Shown here: piece by piece, positions 20,179 through 29,635 of the stretch
Layout of the letters: each line of letters starts with the position of its first letter
Numbering within the stretch: the stretch's first letter is position 1
DNA from: Agrococcus sp.
Lineage (GTDB): Bacteria; Actinomycetota; Actinomycetes; Actinomycetales; Microbacteriaceae
Reading direction: 5' to 3'
Assembly (NCBI GenBank): GCA_031179215.1
Contig: JAPSIA010000001.1
Coordinates: 15,829 to 79,828 of the forward strand
DNA length: 64,000 nucleotides
Notes under the pieces: generated by a model
What the model was told of the DNA's origin: nothing
Database searches by the model: none
What the model saw: the letters and a program-made list of their open reading frames with translations, nothing else
Translations under genes and position numbers: made by a program

Positions 20179-21509
20179 CCGCCGCGACGGCGCAGCGTCG
20201 GCACCGGCCGCATCCGCTCGTGCTGCTGCTGCGCTGGACGCTGCTCCTCGCGCTCATCGTCGCCGTCGTCGCCTCCACCGCGATCGCGTTCGCCCCCGCC
20301 CCGCGCGTCGCCGCGTCGCCCGTCGCGCTCCCGCAGCCGGCGGGCGAGCCCGTGTCGGTCGAGTGGCCGGCAGGCGTCGCGCGGCAGGCCGGCTTCGGCG
20401 TCGCCGGGCTCGAGGGGTCGGCAGCGGCGTGGGGCGGCACGGAGCGAGTGCCCATGGCGAGCCTCGTGAAGGTGCTCACCGTGCTCGTGGTGCTCGAGCA
20501 GCATCCGCTCTCGGGCGCGGAGCGGGGGCCGGACGTCACGCTCGGTCGCGCGGATCTCACCGCGCTCGGCGAGGCGATCGCCGACGCCGCGCCGACGGTG
20601 CCGGTCTTCGACGGCATGGTGGTCTCGCAGCGCGACCTCGTCGAATGGTCGCTCGTCGACTCCGCGGCGAACGCCATGTGGTCGCTCGCGCACTGGGCCT
20701 TCGGCTCGATGGACGCCTACCTCGCCGCCGCGAACGACTGGGCCGAGCGCCACGGCCTCGACGACACGGTCGTCGCCGATCCCTCCGGCCTCTCGCTCGA
20801 GAGCCGCTCGACGGCGGCCGACCTGACCGAGCTCGCGCTGCTGGCGGTCGAGCACCCCGTCGTGCTCGAGACGATGGGGATGGAGGGCGTCGCGGTGCCG
20901 GGCGGCACGGCGACGAACACCAACCCGCTCCTCGGCGAGGGCTTCATCGACGGCGGCAAGACCGGCACCCTCTTCGTGTGGGGCCGCAACCTGCTCGTCA
21001 CGGCCGAGCGCACGGTCGAGGGGCAGCCGCGGCGCGTCGTCGCGGTCATCCTCGGCGTCGCGACCCAGCGCGACATGGATGCGGCGATGCTCGCGCTCGT
21101 GGGCAGCCTCTGGGACGACTTCGGCACCGCGACGCTCCTGCCGGCGGGCACGCTCGTCGCCGAGTACCGGGCGCCATGGGGCGCGACGACGCGCGCGACG
21201 AGCGTCGCCGACCTCGAGGCGGATGCGTTCGGGACGCTCGTGCCGGCGATCGAGGCCGAGGTGACCGACCTCGAGGCCGATGCGCCGCGGACCCGGGTCG
21301 GCGCGGTGCGCGCCCTCGGCGCGGACGCGCCCGCCGCGAGCGCGCCCGGGTCCGGCTCCGACGCGGGCGGGACGAGCGAGACCACCGAAGAGGCGAGCGC
21401 CGCGTCGCCCGCCGAGGTGGAGGTGCGCACCGACGGCATGCTCGCCGGGCCCGACCTCGTGTGGCGGATGCTGCATCCGGCGACCGCGCTCGAGTGGTAC
21501 CTCGACTGA
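20175..21509 (+). CDS. D-alanyl-D-alanine carboxypeptidase family (S11) protein
   Basis: N-terminal TM, ASLVK (SxxK), DPSGL, GGKTGT; SxN position reads SAAN; GTGA overlap with trmH. Confidence 0.82.
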   Translation: MTAATAQRRHRPHPLVLLLRWTLLLALIVAVVASTAIAFAPAPRVAASPVALPQPAGEPVSVEWPAGVARQAGFGVAGLEGSAAAWGGTERVPMASLVKVLTVLVVLEQHPLSGAERGPDVTLGRADLTALGEAIADAAPTVPVFDGMVVSQRDLVEWSLVDSAANAMWSLAHWAFGSMDAYLAAANDWAERHGLDDTVVADPSGLSLESRSTAADLTELALLAVEHPVVLETMGMEGVAVPGGTATNTNPLLGEGFIDGGKTGTLFVWGRNLLVTAERTVEGQPRRVVAVILGVATQRDMDAAMLALVGSLWDDFGTATLLPAGTLVAEYRAPWGATTRATSVADLEADAFGTLVPAIEAEVTDLEADAPRTRVGAVRALGADAPAASAPGSGSDAGGTSETTEEASAASPAEVEVRTDGMLAGPDLVWRMLHPATALEWYLD

Positions 21510-21512
21510 CCG

Positions 21513-22370
21513 CTAGTCGCCGAGCCGCGAGCCGCGGTGCAGCGGCAGCACGGGCCCCGGCTGCGGCCGCCTCGGGGTGATGGTGTCGCCGGAGGACTGG
21601 CCTCGCAGGCGCCGCACGACCCACGGCGCGAGGTGCTCGCGAGCCCAGTGCAGATCCTGCATGCGCAGCTGCTGCCACGAGCGCGACGGCAGCGGCTCGG
21701 GCTCCATCTCGGTCAGCGCGTGCTGCACGCCGAGCGCGTCGAGCACGAGCATCGCGATCGCGTGGTGGCCGAAGCGCGAGAAGTGCAGCCGGTCGGCCGC
21801 CCACATCTGCGGCTGCTGGAGGTGCCGGGCCGACCACATGTCGGCGACGATCGCGCCGTGCTTCGCGGCGACGCCGAAGAGGTTGGCGTTGTAGATGCCG
21901 ACCTTGCCGCGGATCGCGCGCAGCACGGGCGTCATGGCGATGTCGGGCCCGTTGAAGAGCACGACCTCCGCGCCCGTCGCGCGCAGCCGGCCGACGATGG
22001 CGTCCAGGCGCGCTGCCAGCGCGTCGGGATCGCCGCCGGGTCGGAGCAGGTCGTTGCCGCCCGCGGAGATCGTCACGAGGTCGGGCTCGAGCGCGAGCGC
22101 GGGCTCGAGCTGCTCGGCCTCGATCTGGGCGAGCAGGCGGCCGCGGATCGCGAGGTTCGCGTACTGGAGGTCGGGGCGGCTGCGGGCGAGCTCCTCCGCG
22201 ACGCGATCGGCCCAGCCGCGCAGGCCGTTCGGCAGGTGCGGCTCCTCGTCGCCGACGCCTTCGGTGAAGCTGTCGCCGAGCGCGACGTAGCGCGTGTAGG
22301 GATGCAGCACACCGGGGTGCTGCATGCCGGCGGCCTCGGCGCCGGCGCCATCGGTGCCAGGGTGCTCCAT
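21513..22370 (-). CDS. SGNH/GDSL hydrolase
   Basis: ALGDSFTEG, NLAIRG, GGNDL, DRLH; start chosen from CAGGAT -10 spacing. Confidence 0.88.
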   Translation of the reverse strand: MEHPGTDGAGAEAAGMQHPGVLHPYTRYVALGDSFTEGVGDEEPHLPNGLRGWADRVAEELARSRPDLQYANLAIRGRLLAQIEAEQLEPALALEPDLVTISAGGNDLLRPGGDPDALAARLDAIVGRLRATGAEVVLFNGPDIAMTPVLRAIRGKVGIYNANLFGVAAKHGAIVADMWSARHLQQPQMWAADRLHFSRFGHHAIAMLVLDALGVQHALTEMEPEPLPSRSWQQLRMQDLHWAREHLAPWVVRRLRGQSSGDTITPRRPQPGPVLPLHRGSRLGD

Positions 22371-22410
22371 GCCTCCCATCCTGCCGTGCCGCGCTCGCGC
22401 CCGCTCGCCG

Positions 22411-22432
22411 TGTCGGCGTCGCGTGGGACGAT
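22411..22432 (+). promoter_or_regulatory. Putative PafBC (RecA-NDp)-type DNA-damage promoter of dinB
   Basis: TGTCGG (22411-22416)-N10-GACGAT (22427-22432), six nt before the GTG start. Confidence 0.65.
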
Positions 22433-22438
22433 GGATGC

Positions 22439-23683
22439 GTGAGCAAGCAGGACGGCTCGAACCGGCTGGTCTCGGGCCCGGAGGTCGACGACTCGACCGC
22501 CACGATCCTGCACGTCGACCTCGACGCCTTCTTCGCCTCGGCGTCGCTGCTGGCTCGGCCCGATCTCGTCGGCAGGCCCGTCGTCATCGGCCACGACTCG
22601 AGCCGCTCCGTCGTGACCGCCGCGACGTACGAGGCGCGCAAGTACGGCGTGCACTCGGCGATGCCGATGGCGAGGGCGCTGCGGCTGTGCCCGAGCGCGA
22701 TCGTGCTCGAGCCCGACTTCCACCTGTACTCGCGGCTGTCGAAGCAGGTCATGGCGATCCTCGACGACACCTCGCCCGACGTCGAGCGGCTCGGCATCGA
22801 CGAGGCGTTCGTCGGCATCGCGGGCCTGCGCCGCCTCGCGGGCGGCGCCAACCGCATCGGCCCCGCGCTGCGCGAGCGCATCCGTGCCGAGACGGGCCTC
22901 GTCGCCTCGATCGGCGCGGCGGGCACGAAGTACGTCGCGAAGCTCGCCTCCTCGCGCGCGAAGCCCGATGGGCTGCTCGTCGTGCCCGACGACGCCGTGA
23001 TCGACTTCCTGCACCCGCAGCCCGTCTCGGCGCTCTGGGGCGTCGGGCCCAAGCAGCAGGAGCGGCTCGCGCGCTACGGGCTCCACACGGTCGGGGATGT
23101 CGCGCACACCTCGCCCGAGCGCCTGCGCTCGTGGTTCGGAGAGGCCACGGGTCGGCACCTCGCCGACCTCTCCTGGGGGCGCGATCCGCGCGCGGTCGAG
23201 GAGCGCGGGCACGAGCAGAGCTTCGGCCACAACCACACCTTCTTCCGCGACGTCACCGATCGCGCCGAGCTGCAGGGCGAGATCCTGCGGCTCGGGACCG
23301 GCGTCGGCCGGCGGCTGCGCGACGCCGGCGTGCAGGCCCGCACCGTGACGCTCACTGTGCGCTTCCACGACTTCAAGACCATCACGCGCTCGCGCACGCT
23401 GCCGGAGGCGACCGACGTCACTCGCGTCATCGTCGAGACGGCGTGGTCGCTGCTCGAGCAGCTGGGACCCATCCCGCCCGTGCGCCTCGTGGGGGTGCGG
23501 GCGAGCGCCGTGCAGGATGCCGCCGACCACGGGCTGCTGTGGGACGAGAGCGAGACGTGGGGGAGCGCGGAGCGCGCGATCGACGCCGTGCACGACCGCT
23601 TCGGCGCCGCGACCGTCGTGCCGGCGAGCATGCTGCGCCGCGAGCGCAAGCGCGACGACGCGGGTCCCTCCGGTGGCGACTGA
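22439..23683 (+). CDS. dinB: DNA polymerase IV (Y family)
   Basis: ILHVDLDAFFAS, YEARKYGVHSAMP, IDEAF, AKLAS..AKPDG, LWGVG. Confidence 0.93.
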   Translation: MSKQDGSNRLVSGPEVDDSTATILHVDLDAFFASASLLARPDLVGRPVVIGHDSSRSVVTAATYEARKYGVHSAMPMARALRLCPSAIVLEPDFHLYSRLSKQVMAILDDTSPDVERLGIDEAFVGIAGLRRLAGGANRIGPALRERIRAETGLVASIGAAGTKYVAKLASSRAKPDGLLVVPDDAVIDFLHPQPVSALWGVGPKQQERLARYGLHTVGDVAHTSPERLRSWFGEATGRHLADLSWGRDPRAVEERGHEQSFGHNHTFFRDVTDRAELQGEILRLGTGVGRRLRDAGVQARTVTLTVRFHDFKTITRSRTLPEATDVTRVIVETAWSLLEQLGPIPPVRLVGVRASAVQDAADHGLLWDESETWGSAERAIDAVHDRFGAATVVPASMLRRERKRDDAGPSGGD

Positions 23684-24569
23684 GGGGAGCGGTGCCGGCG
23701 GCAGCATCGCGGGGCTCGTCGTCGACGCCACGCTGGTGCGCGCGCTGCTCCACGAGCAGTTCCCCGCGTGGGCATCGCTGCCGCTGCGACCGGTGGCGCG
23801 CAGCGGCAAGGACCATCGGATGCTGCGGCTGGGATCCGACAAGCTCGTCCGGCTGCCGAGCGCTCCCGAGTTCGTGCCGCAGGTGGAGAAGGAGCAGGCG
23901 TGGCTGCCTCGACTCGCCGCCGCCGTACCGCTGCCGATCCCGGTGGTGTTCGGCCGTGGGAGACCGAGCAAGCGGTTCCCGGCGCCGTGGTCGGTCTACG
24001 GCTGGATCGACGGCGAGCCGGCAGCGAGCGCGACCGTCGACCGCGAGCGGCTCGCGAGCGATCTCGCTGCGTTCCTCGTCGCCCTGCGGGCAGCGGACAC
24101 GACCGGTGCGCCGCCGCCGGGCCCTCACAGCGCCGGCCGCGGCGCGCCGCTCGCGCACCTCGACGCCGAGCTGCAGGACCTGCTCGAGCGCGTGCATGGG
24201 CGGGAGCGCGACGCCGCCGCGGGCATCTGGCGGGAGGCCATGGCAGCCGCGCCCGCCCCGACACCCGTCTGGTTCCACGGCGACGTCTCCGTCACGAACT
24301 TGCTCGTGCGCGGCGGCAGGCTCTCGGCCGTCATCGACTTCGGCTGCGCGGGCGTCGGCGACCCCGCGTGCGACACCGCGATCACCTGGACGCACCTCGA
24401 CGGCGCGGCCTCGCGCACCTTCCGGCGCGGCCTCGCGCTCGATGACGCGACGTGGGCGCGCGGCCGCGGCTGGGCGATCTGGAAGGCGCTCCTCATGCTC
24501 GACGCGCCGCGCGCCGAGCACGCCGCGCTCGGTCGTCGAGTGCTCGACCGGTTGCTCAGCGAGGCATGA
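23673..24569 (+). CDS. Aminoglycoside phosphotransferase (APH)-like kinase
   Basis: WFHGD....N, AVIDFG, GDPACD, RGRGWA; start approximate (GTG overlapping the dinB end). Confidence 0.82.
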   Translation: MATEGSGAGGSIAGLVVDATLVRALLHEQFPAWASLPLRPVARSGKDHRMLRLGSDKLVRLPSAPEFVPQVEKEQAWLPRLAAAVPLPIPVVFGRGRPSKRFPAPWSVYGWIDGEPAASATVDRERLASDLAAFLVALRAADTTGAPPPGPHSAGRGAPLAHLDAELQDLLERVHGRERDAAAGIWREAMAAAPAPTPVWFHGDVSVTNLLVRGGRLSAVIDFGCAGVGDPACDTAITWTHLDGAASRTFRRGLALDDATWARGRGWAIWKALLMLDAPRAEHAALGRRVLDRLLSEA

Positions 24570-24593
24570 GCCGCGGCAACGGCGCTGGGCGCC

Positions 24594-24833
24594 TCAGCGG
24601 CGGCCGAGCCACCGCTCGAGCGGGATCGAACCCGACTGGTTCGGGGTCACGATCCACACGACGGCGTAGAGGCCCCAGCCGACGACGGGCAGCGCGAACA
24701 GCAGGAGCGTGACGAGCCGCACGATCCAGACGTTGATGCCGGTCCTCGCGGCGATGCCGCCGCAGATGCCGGCCAGCAGTCGAGCGGGACCGCGGCGGAA
24801 GCCGGCGCGGCGGATGGAGTGGAAGATCGACAT
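24594..24833 (-). CDS. PspC domain protein
   Basis: RLLAGICGGIA...VR...LY...W..P pattern. Confidence 0.85.
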   Translation of the reverse strand: MSIFHSIRRAGFRRGPARLLAGICGGIAARTGINVWIVRLVTLLLFALPVVGWGLYAVVWIVTPNQSGSIPLERWLGRR

Positions 24834-24874
24834 GCCGCCAACCGTAGCCGCGCAGGCTGAGCGGGGGAACGGGA

Positions 24875-24905
24875 AGAGGCCCGGAGCTCATCGCTCCGGG
24901 CCTCT
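24875..24905 (-). terminator. Hairpin terminator immediately downstream of tRNA-Leu
   Basis: AGAGGCCCGGAGC-tcatc-GCTCCGGGCCTCT, 13-bp stem. Confidence 0.75.
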
Positions 24906-24910
24906 CTCTG

Positions 24911-24996
24911 TGCGCGAGGGGGGACTTGAACCCCCACGCCCTAATACGGGCACTAGCACCTCAAGCTAGCGCGTCTGCCAATTCCGCCACCCGCGC
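24911..24996 (-). tRNA. tRNA-Leu (anticodon GAG), CCA not encoded
   Basis: Reverse complement GCGCGGGTGGCGGAATTGGCAGACGCGCTAGCTTGAGGTGCTAG...GGGGGTTCAAGTCCCCCCTCGCGCA; long variable arm; upstream TAGAGT -10. Confidence 0.96.
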
Positions 24997-25085
24997 AAGG
25001 TGTCGGACCACTTGGTGGGCCGAGAGATGACTCTAGCACGACCGCGGAGGCCTCGTTGACCACCGCCGACGGCTAGCCTTGGCTG

Positions 25086-26378
25086 GTGACCGATCGCCTG
25101 ACCCGCACCGCGACCATCGCGAGGGACCTCATCCGGATCGACACGCAGAACTGGGGCGGCGGGCGAGCCACCGGCGAGGCCCTCGCCGCGGCCTACGTCC
25201 GCGACGTGCTCGCGGGGATGGGCGTGGCGAGCGAGACCTTCGAGGCCGCAGCCGGGCGCGCGAGCGTCGTCGCGAGGATCGAGGGCGAGGATCCGACGCT
25301 GCCGCTGCTCGTCGTGCACGGGCACCTCGACGTCGTGCCCGCCGACGCGAGCGAGTGGAGCGTCGACCCGTTCGCGGGCGAGATCCGCGACGGGATGCTG
25401 TGGGGACGCGGCGCCGTCGACATGAAGCAGATGGACGCGATGATCCTCGCCTCCCTCGAGCGCATCCTCGCCGCGGGCAAGCGGCCGCGGCGCGGCCTCG
25501 TGGTCGCCTTCTTCGCCGACGAGGAGGCCGGCGGCGTCTACGGCGCGCAGTGGCTCGTGCGCAACCACCCCGAGCTCTTCGAGGGCGCGACCGAGGCGAT
25601 CAGCGAGGTCGGCGGCTACTCGATCGACATCGCCGGGCAGCGCGCGTACCTGCTGCAGACGGCCGAGAAGGCGCTGCAGTGGGTGCTGCTGCGCGCCCGC
25701 GGCACGGCAGCGCACGGCTCGCAGCACATGCGCGACAACGCCGTCACGAAGCTCGCGCGCGCGGTCGCCGCGGTCGGCGCGCACGAGTTCCCGGTCGAGC
25801 TCACCCCCACGACGCGCGAGCTCATCGCTCGCATCGCCGACCTGCTCGGCGTCGACGACGACGACCCGGATGCGGTCGCCGAACGGCTCGGGTCGGTCTC
25901 GCGCTTTCTGCGCTCGAGCCTCCGGCACACCGCCAACCCGACGATGCTCGAGGCCGGCTACAAGCACAACGTGATCCCCTCGGTCGCGGAGGCGCGCATC
26001 GACGTGCGCCCGCTGCCCGGGCGGGAGCAGGAGGCGCTCGACGGCATCCGCGCGCTCGTCGGCGACGACATCGAGGTGGAGCTCGTGCACGGCGACGTCG
26101 GTCTCGAGCAGCCGTTCTCCGGCGCGCTCGTGACCGCGATGACGGCCGCGATCGAGCAGCACGATCCCGGAGCGCCCGTGCTGCCGTACATGCTCTCCGG
26201 CGGCACCGACAACAAGCCGCTCTCGGAGCTCGGCATCGCCGGCTACGGCTTCGCGCCGCTGCGCCTGACGCCCGACCTCGACTTCGCGGCGATGTTCCAC
26301 GGCGTCGACGAGCGCGTGCCGCTCGACGCGCTCGAGTTCGGCACCGACGTGCTCGAAGCGCTCCTGCTGACCTACTGA
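25086..26378 (+). CDS. M20/M25/M40 family metallo-hydrolase
   Basis: HGHLDVVP, GRGAVDMK, ADEEAGG, GGTD, HGVDER. Confidence 0.9.
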   Translation: MTDRLTRTATIARDLIRIDTQNWGGGRATGEALAAAYVRDVLAGMGVASETFEAAAGRASVVARIEGEDPTLPLLVVHGHLDVVPADASEWSVDPFAGEIRDGMLWGRGAVDMKQMDAMILASLERILAAGKRPRRGLVVAFFADEEAGGVYGAQWLVRNHPELFEGATEAISEVGGYSIDIAGQRAYLLQTAEKALQWVLLRARGTAAHGSQHMRDNAVTKLARAVAAVGAHEFPVELTPTTRELIARIADLLGVDDDDPDAVAERLGSVSRFLRSSLRHTANPTMLEAGYKHNVIPSVAEARIDVRPLPGREQEALDGIRALVGDDIEVELVHGDVGLEQPFSGALVTAMTAAIEQHDPGAPVLPYMLSGGTDNKPLSELGIAGYGFAPLRLTPDLDFAAMFHGVDERVPLDALEFGTDVLEALLLTY

Positions 26379-26409
26379 CCGACCGTCGACTGAGGACACA
26401 CATCCACCC

Positions 26410-27243
26410 ATGGACTGGCTGATCGCGATCTTCCTCGGTGCGCTGCAGGGCGCCACCGAGTTCCTGCCCATCTCCTCGAGCGCGCACCTGCGCATCGCCG
26501 GCATCTTCCTGCCCGGCGCCGAGGACCCGGGCGCGACCTTCACCGCGATCACCCAGATCGGCACCGAGCTCGCGGTGGTGATCTTCTTCTGGAAGGACAT
26601 CTCGCGCATCATCGGGAAGTGGTTCCGGCACTTCTCGGGCAAGGTCGCCAAGGACGACCCCGACGTGAAGATGGGCTGGCTCGTCATCATCGGCACGATC
26701 CCGATCGTGCTCGCCGGCGTGCTGTTCCAGGATCTCATCCGCGACCAGTGGCGCAGCCTGTGGATCACGGCGACGGTGCTCATCGTCTTCGGCATCGTCC
26801 TCGGCCTGTGCGACATGCTGGGCCGGCGCGTCAAGACGCTCGAGACGACGACGTACCGCGACGGCGTGCTCATCGGGCTCGCCCAGGTGCTCGCGCTCAT
26901 CCCGGGCGTCTCGCGCTCGGGGGCGACGACGAGCATGGGCCGCGCGCTCGGCTACGAGCGACCCGCCGCGGCGAAGTACGCGTTCTTCCTCGCGGTGCCC
27001 GCCGTGTTCGGCGCCGGCATCTCCGAGACGATCCAGGCGGTGAGCGAGCCCTCGTCCGTCGGGCTCGGCTGGGGGCCGACGATCGTCGCGACCGTCGTGG
27101 CCTTCGTCGTCGGCATCGCGGTCATCAGGTGGCTCATGGACTGGATCTCGCGACGCAGCTTCCTGCCGTTCGTCGTCTACCGCATCGTCCTCGGCACGGC
27201 GCTCCTCATCGCGCTCGGCGCGGGCTGGATCGAGGCCCTCTGA
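26410..27243 (+). CDS. uppP: Undecaprenyl-diphosphate phosphatase
   Basis: QGATEFLPISSSAH and PGVSRSG BacA motifs. Confidence 0.95.
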   Translation: MDWLIAIFLGALQGATEFLPISSSAHLRIAGIFLPGAEDPGATFTAITQIGTELAVVIFFWKDISRIIGKWFRHFSGKVAKDDPDVKMGWLVIIGTIPIVLAGVLFQDLIRDQWRSLWITATVLIVFGIVLGLCDMLGRRVKTLETTTYRDGVLIGLAQVLALIPGVSRSGATTSMGRALGYERPAAAKYAFFLAVPAVFGAGISETIQAVSEPSSVGLGWGPTIVATVVAFVVGIAVIRWLMDWISRRSFLPFVVYRIVLGTALLIALGAGWIEAL

Positions 27244-28511
27244 TGCGCAGCTGGACGCGAGCCGAGGTGCCGTCGCTCGTCGAGCTCGGGCACGGCGAGG
27301 GCGGGCTGCCGAGCGTGCACGACGTCCGCGCCGACGCGCGCGTCGTGCTGCCGCCGACCGCCGGCGGCGACCGGCCGACGGCGTCGATGTACACGTGCGG
27401 CATCACGCCCTACGACGCGACGCACCTCGGGCACGCCTTCACCTACCTCGCCTTCGACACGCTCACGCGCGTGTGGCTCGACGCGGGCGTTGAGGTGCGC
27501 ACGGCGATGAACTCGACCGACGTCGACGATCCGCTGCTCGAGCGCGCGCAGCGCGACGGTGTCGACTGGCGCGAGCTCGCCGAGCGGCAGCAGGAGCTGT
27601 TCCGGAGCGACATGGAGGCCCTGCGGATCCTGCCGCCCGACTCGTGGGTCGCGGTCACCGAGCGCATCGCGCCGATCGCAGAGGCCGTGGAGCGGCTGCT
27701 CGAGTCGGGAGACGCCTACCGGCTCGGAGCCCCCGACGCCGAGGGCGACGACGTGCTGTTCGACACGACGAGGGCGCGGCAGTTCGCGGTCGGCGCCGGG
27801 AGCCGCACGGATGCGGCGACGATGCTCGAGCTCACGCGCGAGTTCGGCGGCGAGCCCGATCGGCCCGGCAAGCGATCGCCGCTCGACCCGGTGCTCTGGC
27901 GCGCGGCGCGGCCGGGGGAGCCGGCGTGGGAGTCGCCGGTGGGCCGCGGGCGGCCCGGCTGGCACGTCGAGTGCACCGTGATCGCGATGGACGAGCTGGG
28001 CGCGCCGTTCACGGTCGCGGCGGGCGGCCGCGACCTGCGGTTCCCGCACCAGGAGATGCAGGGCCACCACGCCCTCGCGCTCGGCGCACCGCTGTTCAGC
28101 AGAGCCAGGCTCAACGCAGGGCTCGTCGCCTACGAGGGCGAGAAGATGTCGAAGTCGCTGGGCAACCTCGTGCTCGTCTCGCGCCTGCTCGAGGCCGGCG
28201 CGCGGCCCGCAGCCATCCGGCTCGCGCTGCTCGACCACCACTGGCGTGCGGACTGGGAGTGGCACGACCACGAGCTCGAGGCCGCCGAGGCGAGGCTCGA
28301 CCGCTGGGTCGCGTGGTCGACGCTGCCCGACGACGACCCGTCGCTCGGCGAGTCGGTCGTGCCGTGGCTGCGGGCGACGCTCGCCGACGACCTCAACACG
28401 CCCGCGGCGCTGCAGGCCGTCGACGCGTTCATCGAGCGCGCGCCCGCCGACGAGGGCAGCCTCGCCGCGATCGACGCGCTGCTCGGCATCGACTTGTGCG
28501 GTGGAGCTTGA
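27243..28511 (+). CDS. mshC: Cysteine--GlcN-Ins ligase (mycothiol biosynthesis)
   Basis: CGITPYDATHLGH, GRPGWHVEC, DL.FPH, KMSKSLGN; lacks the CysRS anticodon domain; conserved position next to uppP and PAC2. Confidence 0.92.
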   Translation: MRSWTRAEVPSLVELGHGEGGLPSVHDVRADARVVLPPTAGGDRPTASMYTCGITPYDATHLGHAFTYLAFDTLTRVWLDAGVEVRTAMNSTDVDDPLLERAQRDGVDWRELAERQQELFRSDMEALRILPPDSWVAVTERIAPIAEAVERLLESGDAYRLGAPDAEGDDVLFDTTRARQFAVGAGSRTDAATMLELTREFGGEPDRPGKRSPLDPVLWRAARPGEPAWESPVGRGRPGWHVECTVIAMDELGAPFTVAAGGRDLRFPHQEMQGHHALALGAPLFSRARLNAGLVAYEGEKMSKSLGNLVLVSRLLEAGARPAAIRLALLDHHWRADWEWHDHELEAAEARLDRWVAWSTLPDDDPSLGESVVPWLRATLADDLNTPAALQAVDAFIERAPADEGSLAAIDALLGIDLCGGA

Positions 28512-28512
28512 G

Positions 28513-28538
28513 GGCTGAGGCCCTTTCGGGCCTCAGCC
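28513..28538. terminator. Hairpin after mshC, between convergent genes
   Basis: GGCTGAGGCCC-tttc-GGGCCTCAGCC. Confidence 0.7.
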
Positions 28539-28593
28539 GCGACCCCAGCGCCGGGGCCCGTCCCGGGCCCCGGGCAGTGCTGCTGAGCGGACC

Positions 28594-29523
28594 CTAGACC
28601 GGCGGGGCGTCGTCCCCGGGCTCGTCGTCGCCGCGCGGGCGGGGCTTGCCGTGCTGGTCGCGGAGGAAGCGCTCGAACTCGTGCGCGATCGCCTCGCCGC
28701 TCGCCTCCGGGCTCTCGACCGCGTCGCGCTGCTCCTCGAGCTTGCCGATGTAGGCGCGCATGTCGTCGTCGCGCTCGGTGATCTCGTCGATTCCGCGCTC
28801 CCACTCGCCCGCCTGCTCGGGCAGGTCTCCGAGCGGGATCGTCACGTCGAGCATCTCCGAGAGCCGGTCGAGCAGCGCCACGACCGCCTTCGGGGCGGGG
28901 GCGTTGTGCACGTAGTGCGGGACGGACGCCCACAGCGAGGCGGTCTGGATCCCCGCTTCCTGCGCGAGCAGCCCGAGCACGGTCATGATCCCGGTGGGGC
29001 CCTCGTACTCGCTCTGGAGCACGCCGAGCCGGGCGCGCAGCTCGTGGCTGTCGCTCGAGACGGACGTCGAGATGGGCCGGGTGTGCGGCACGTCGGCGAG
29101 CATCGAGCCGACGAACACGATCGCGTCGATCTCGCAGCCCTTCGCGATCTCGAGGAACTCGGCGGCGAACGCCGTCCAGTTGCGGCTCGGCTCAGCACCG
29201 ACGAGCGCGAACAGCTCACCCTCGTTCCCGGTGGAGACGTCGAGGCCCGCATCGGCCGCGAGCGACGTCCTCCCCGAGGGCAGCGTCGGCGCGTACGCGA
29301 TCGTCGAGGGCCACTGCAGGGCGCGCGTGCCGTCCTCGAGCGTGCGGATCACGGGCCGGTGCAGGGCGAAGTCGACGAACTCGTCGGGCTCGATCTCGTC
29401 GAACGCCTCGAGGTGGCACGCCTCGATGAGCTTGCGCACCGCGCCGCTCGCGGCATCGCCAGCATCGGTCCAGCCTTCGAAGGCGACGACCATGATGCGG
29501 CCCTCGATGGGTCCTCGCGCCAC
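28594..29523 (-). CDS. PAC2 family (proteasome assembly chaperone-like) protein
   Basis: VAFEGWTDAG, ADVPHTRP, YEGPTG, WASVPHY, EFERFL; GTG start after GAGGAGG. Confidence 0.88.
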   Translation of the reverse strand: MARGPIEGRIMVVAFEGWTDAGDAASGAVRKLIEACHLEAFDEIEPDEFVDFALHRPVIRTLEDGTRALQWPSTIAYAPTLPSGRTSLAADAGLDVSTGNEGELFALVGAEPSRNWTAFAAEFLEIAKGCEIDAIVFVGSMLADVPHTRPISTSVSSDSHELRARLGVLQSEYEGPTGIMTVLGLLAQEAGIQTASLWASVPHYVHNAPAPKAVVALLDRLSEMLDVTIPLGDLPEQAGEWERGIDEITERDDDMRAYIGKLEEQRDAVESPEASGEAIAHEFERFLRDQHGKPRPRGDDEPGDDAPPV

Positions 29524-29635
29524 GCCTGGCACCTCCTCACGTCGAACGCCCACTCTACGCCGCCCCGGCCGTCGGGGCCGCGGGCACGCAGGCGCCGCGG
29601 GCCCCGGCTGGATGCAGCCGCACTAGGCTTGCGCG

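Noticed and set aside
23673-24569. Bona fide aminoglycoside resistance gene
   Set aside because: Only the generic APH/choline-kinase fold motifs are visible; the substrate cannot be inferred
23673-24996. Genomic island integrated at tRNA-Leu
   Set aside because: No integrase and no duplicated tRNA 3' end (att) seen; the native terminator directly follows the tRNA
25001-25022. Third PafBC motif (TGTCGG) upstream of the M20 gene
   Set aside because: No TANNNT hexamer at the N10 position; the gene's own -10 is about 60 nt downstream
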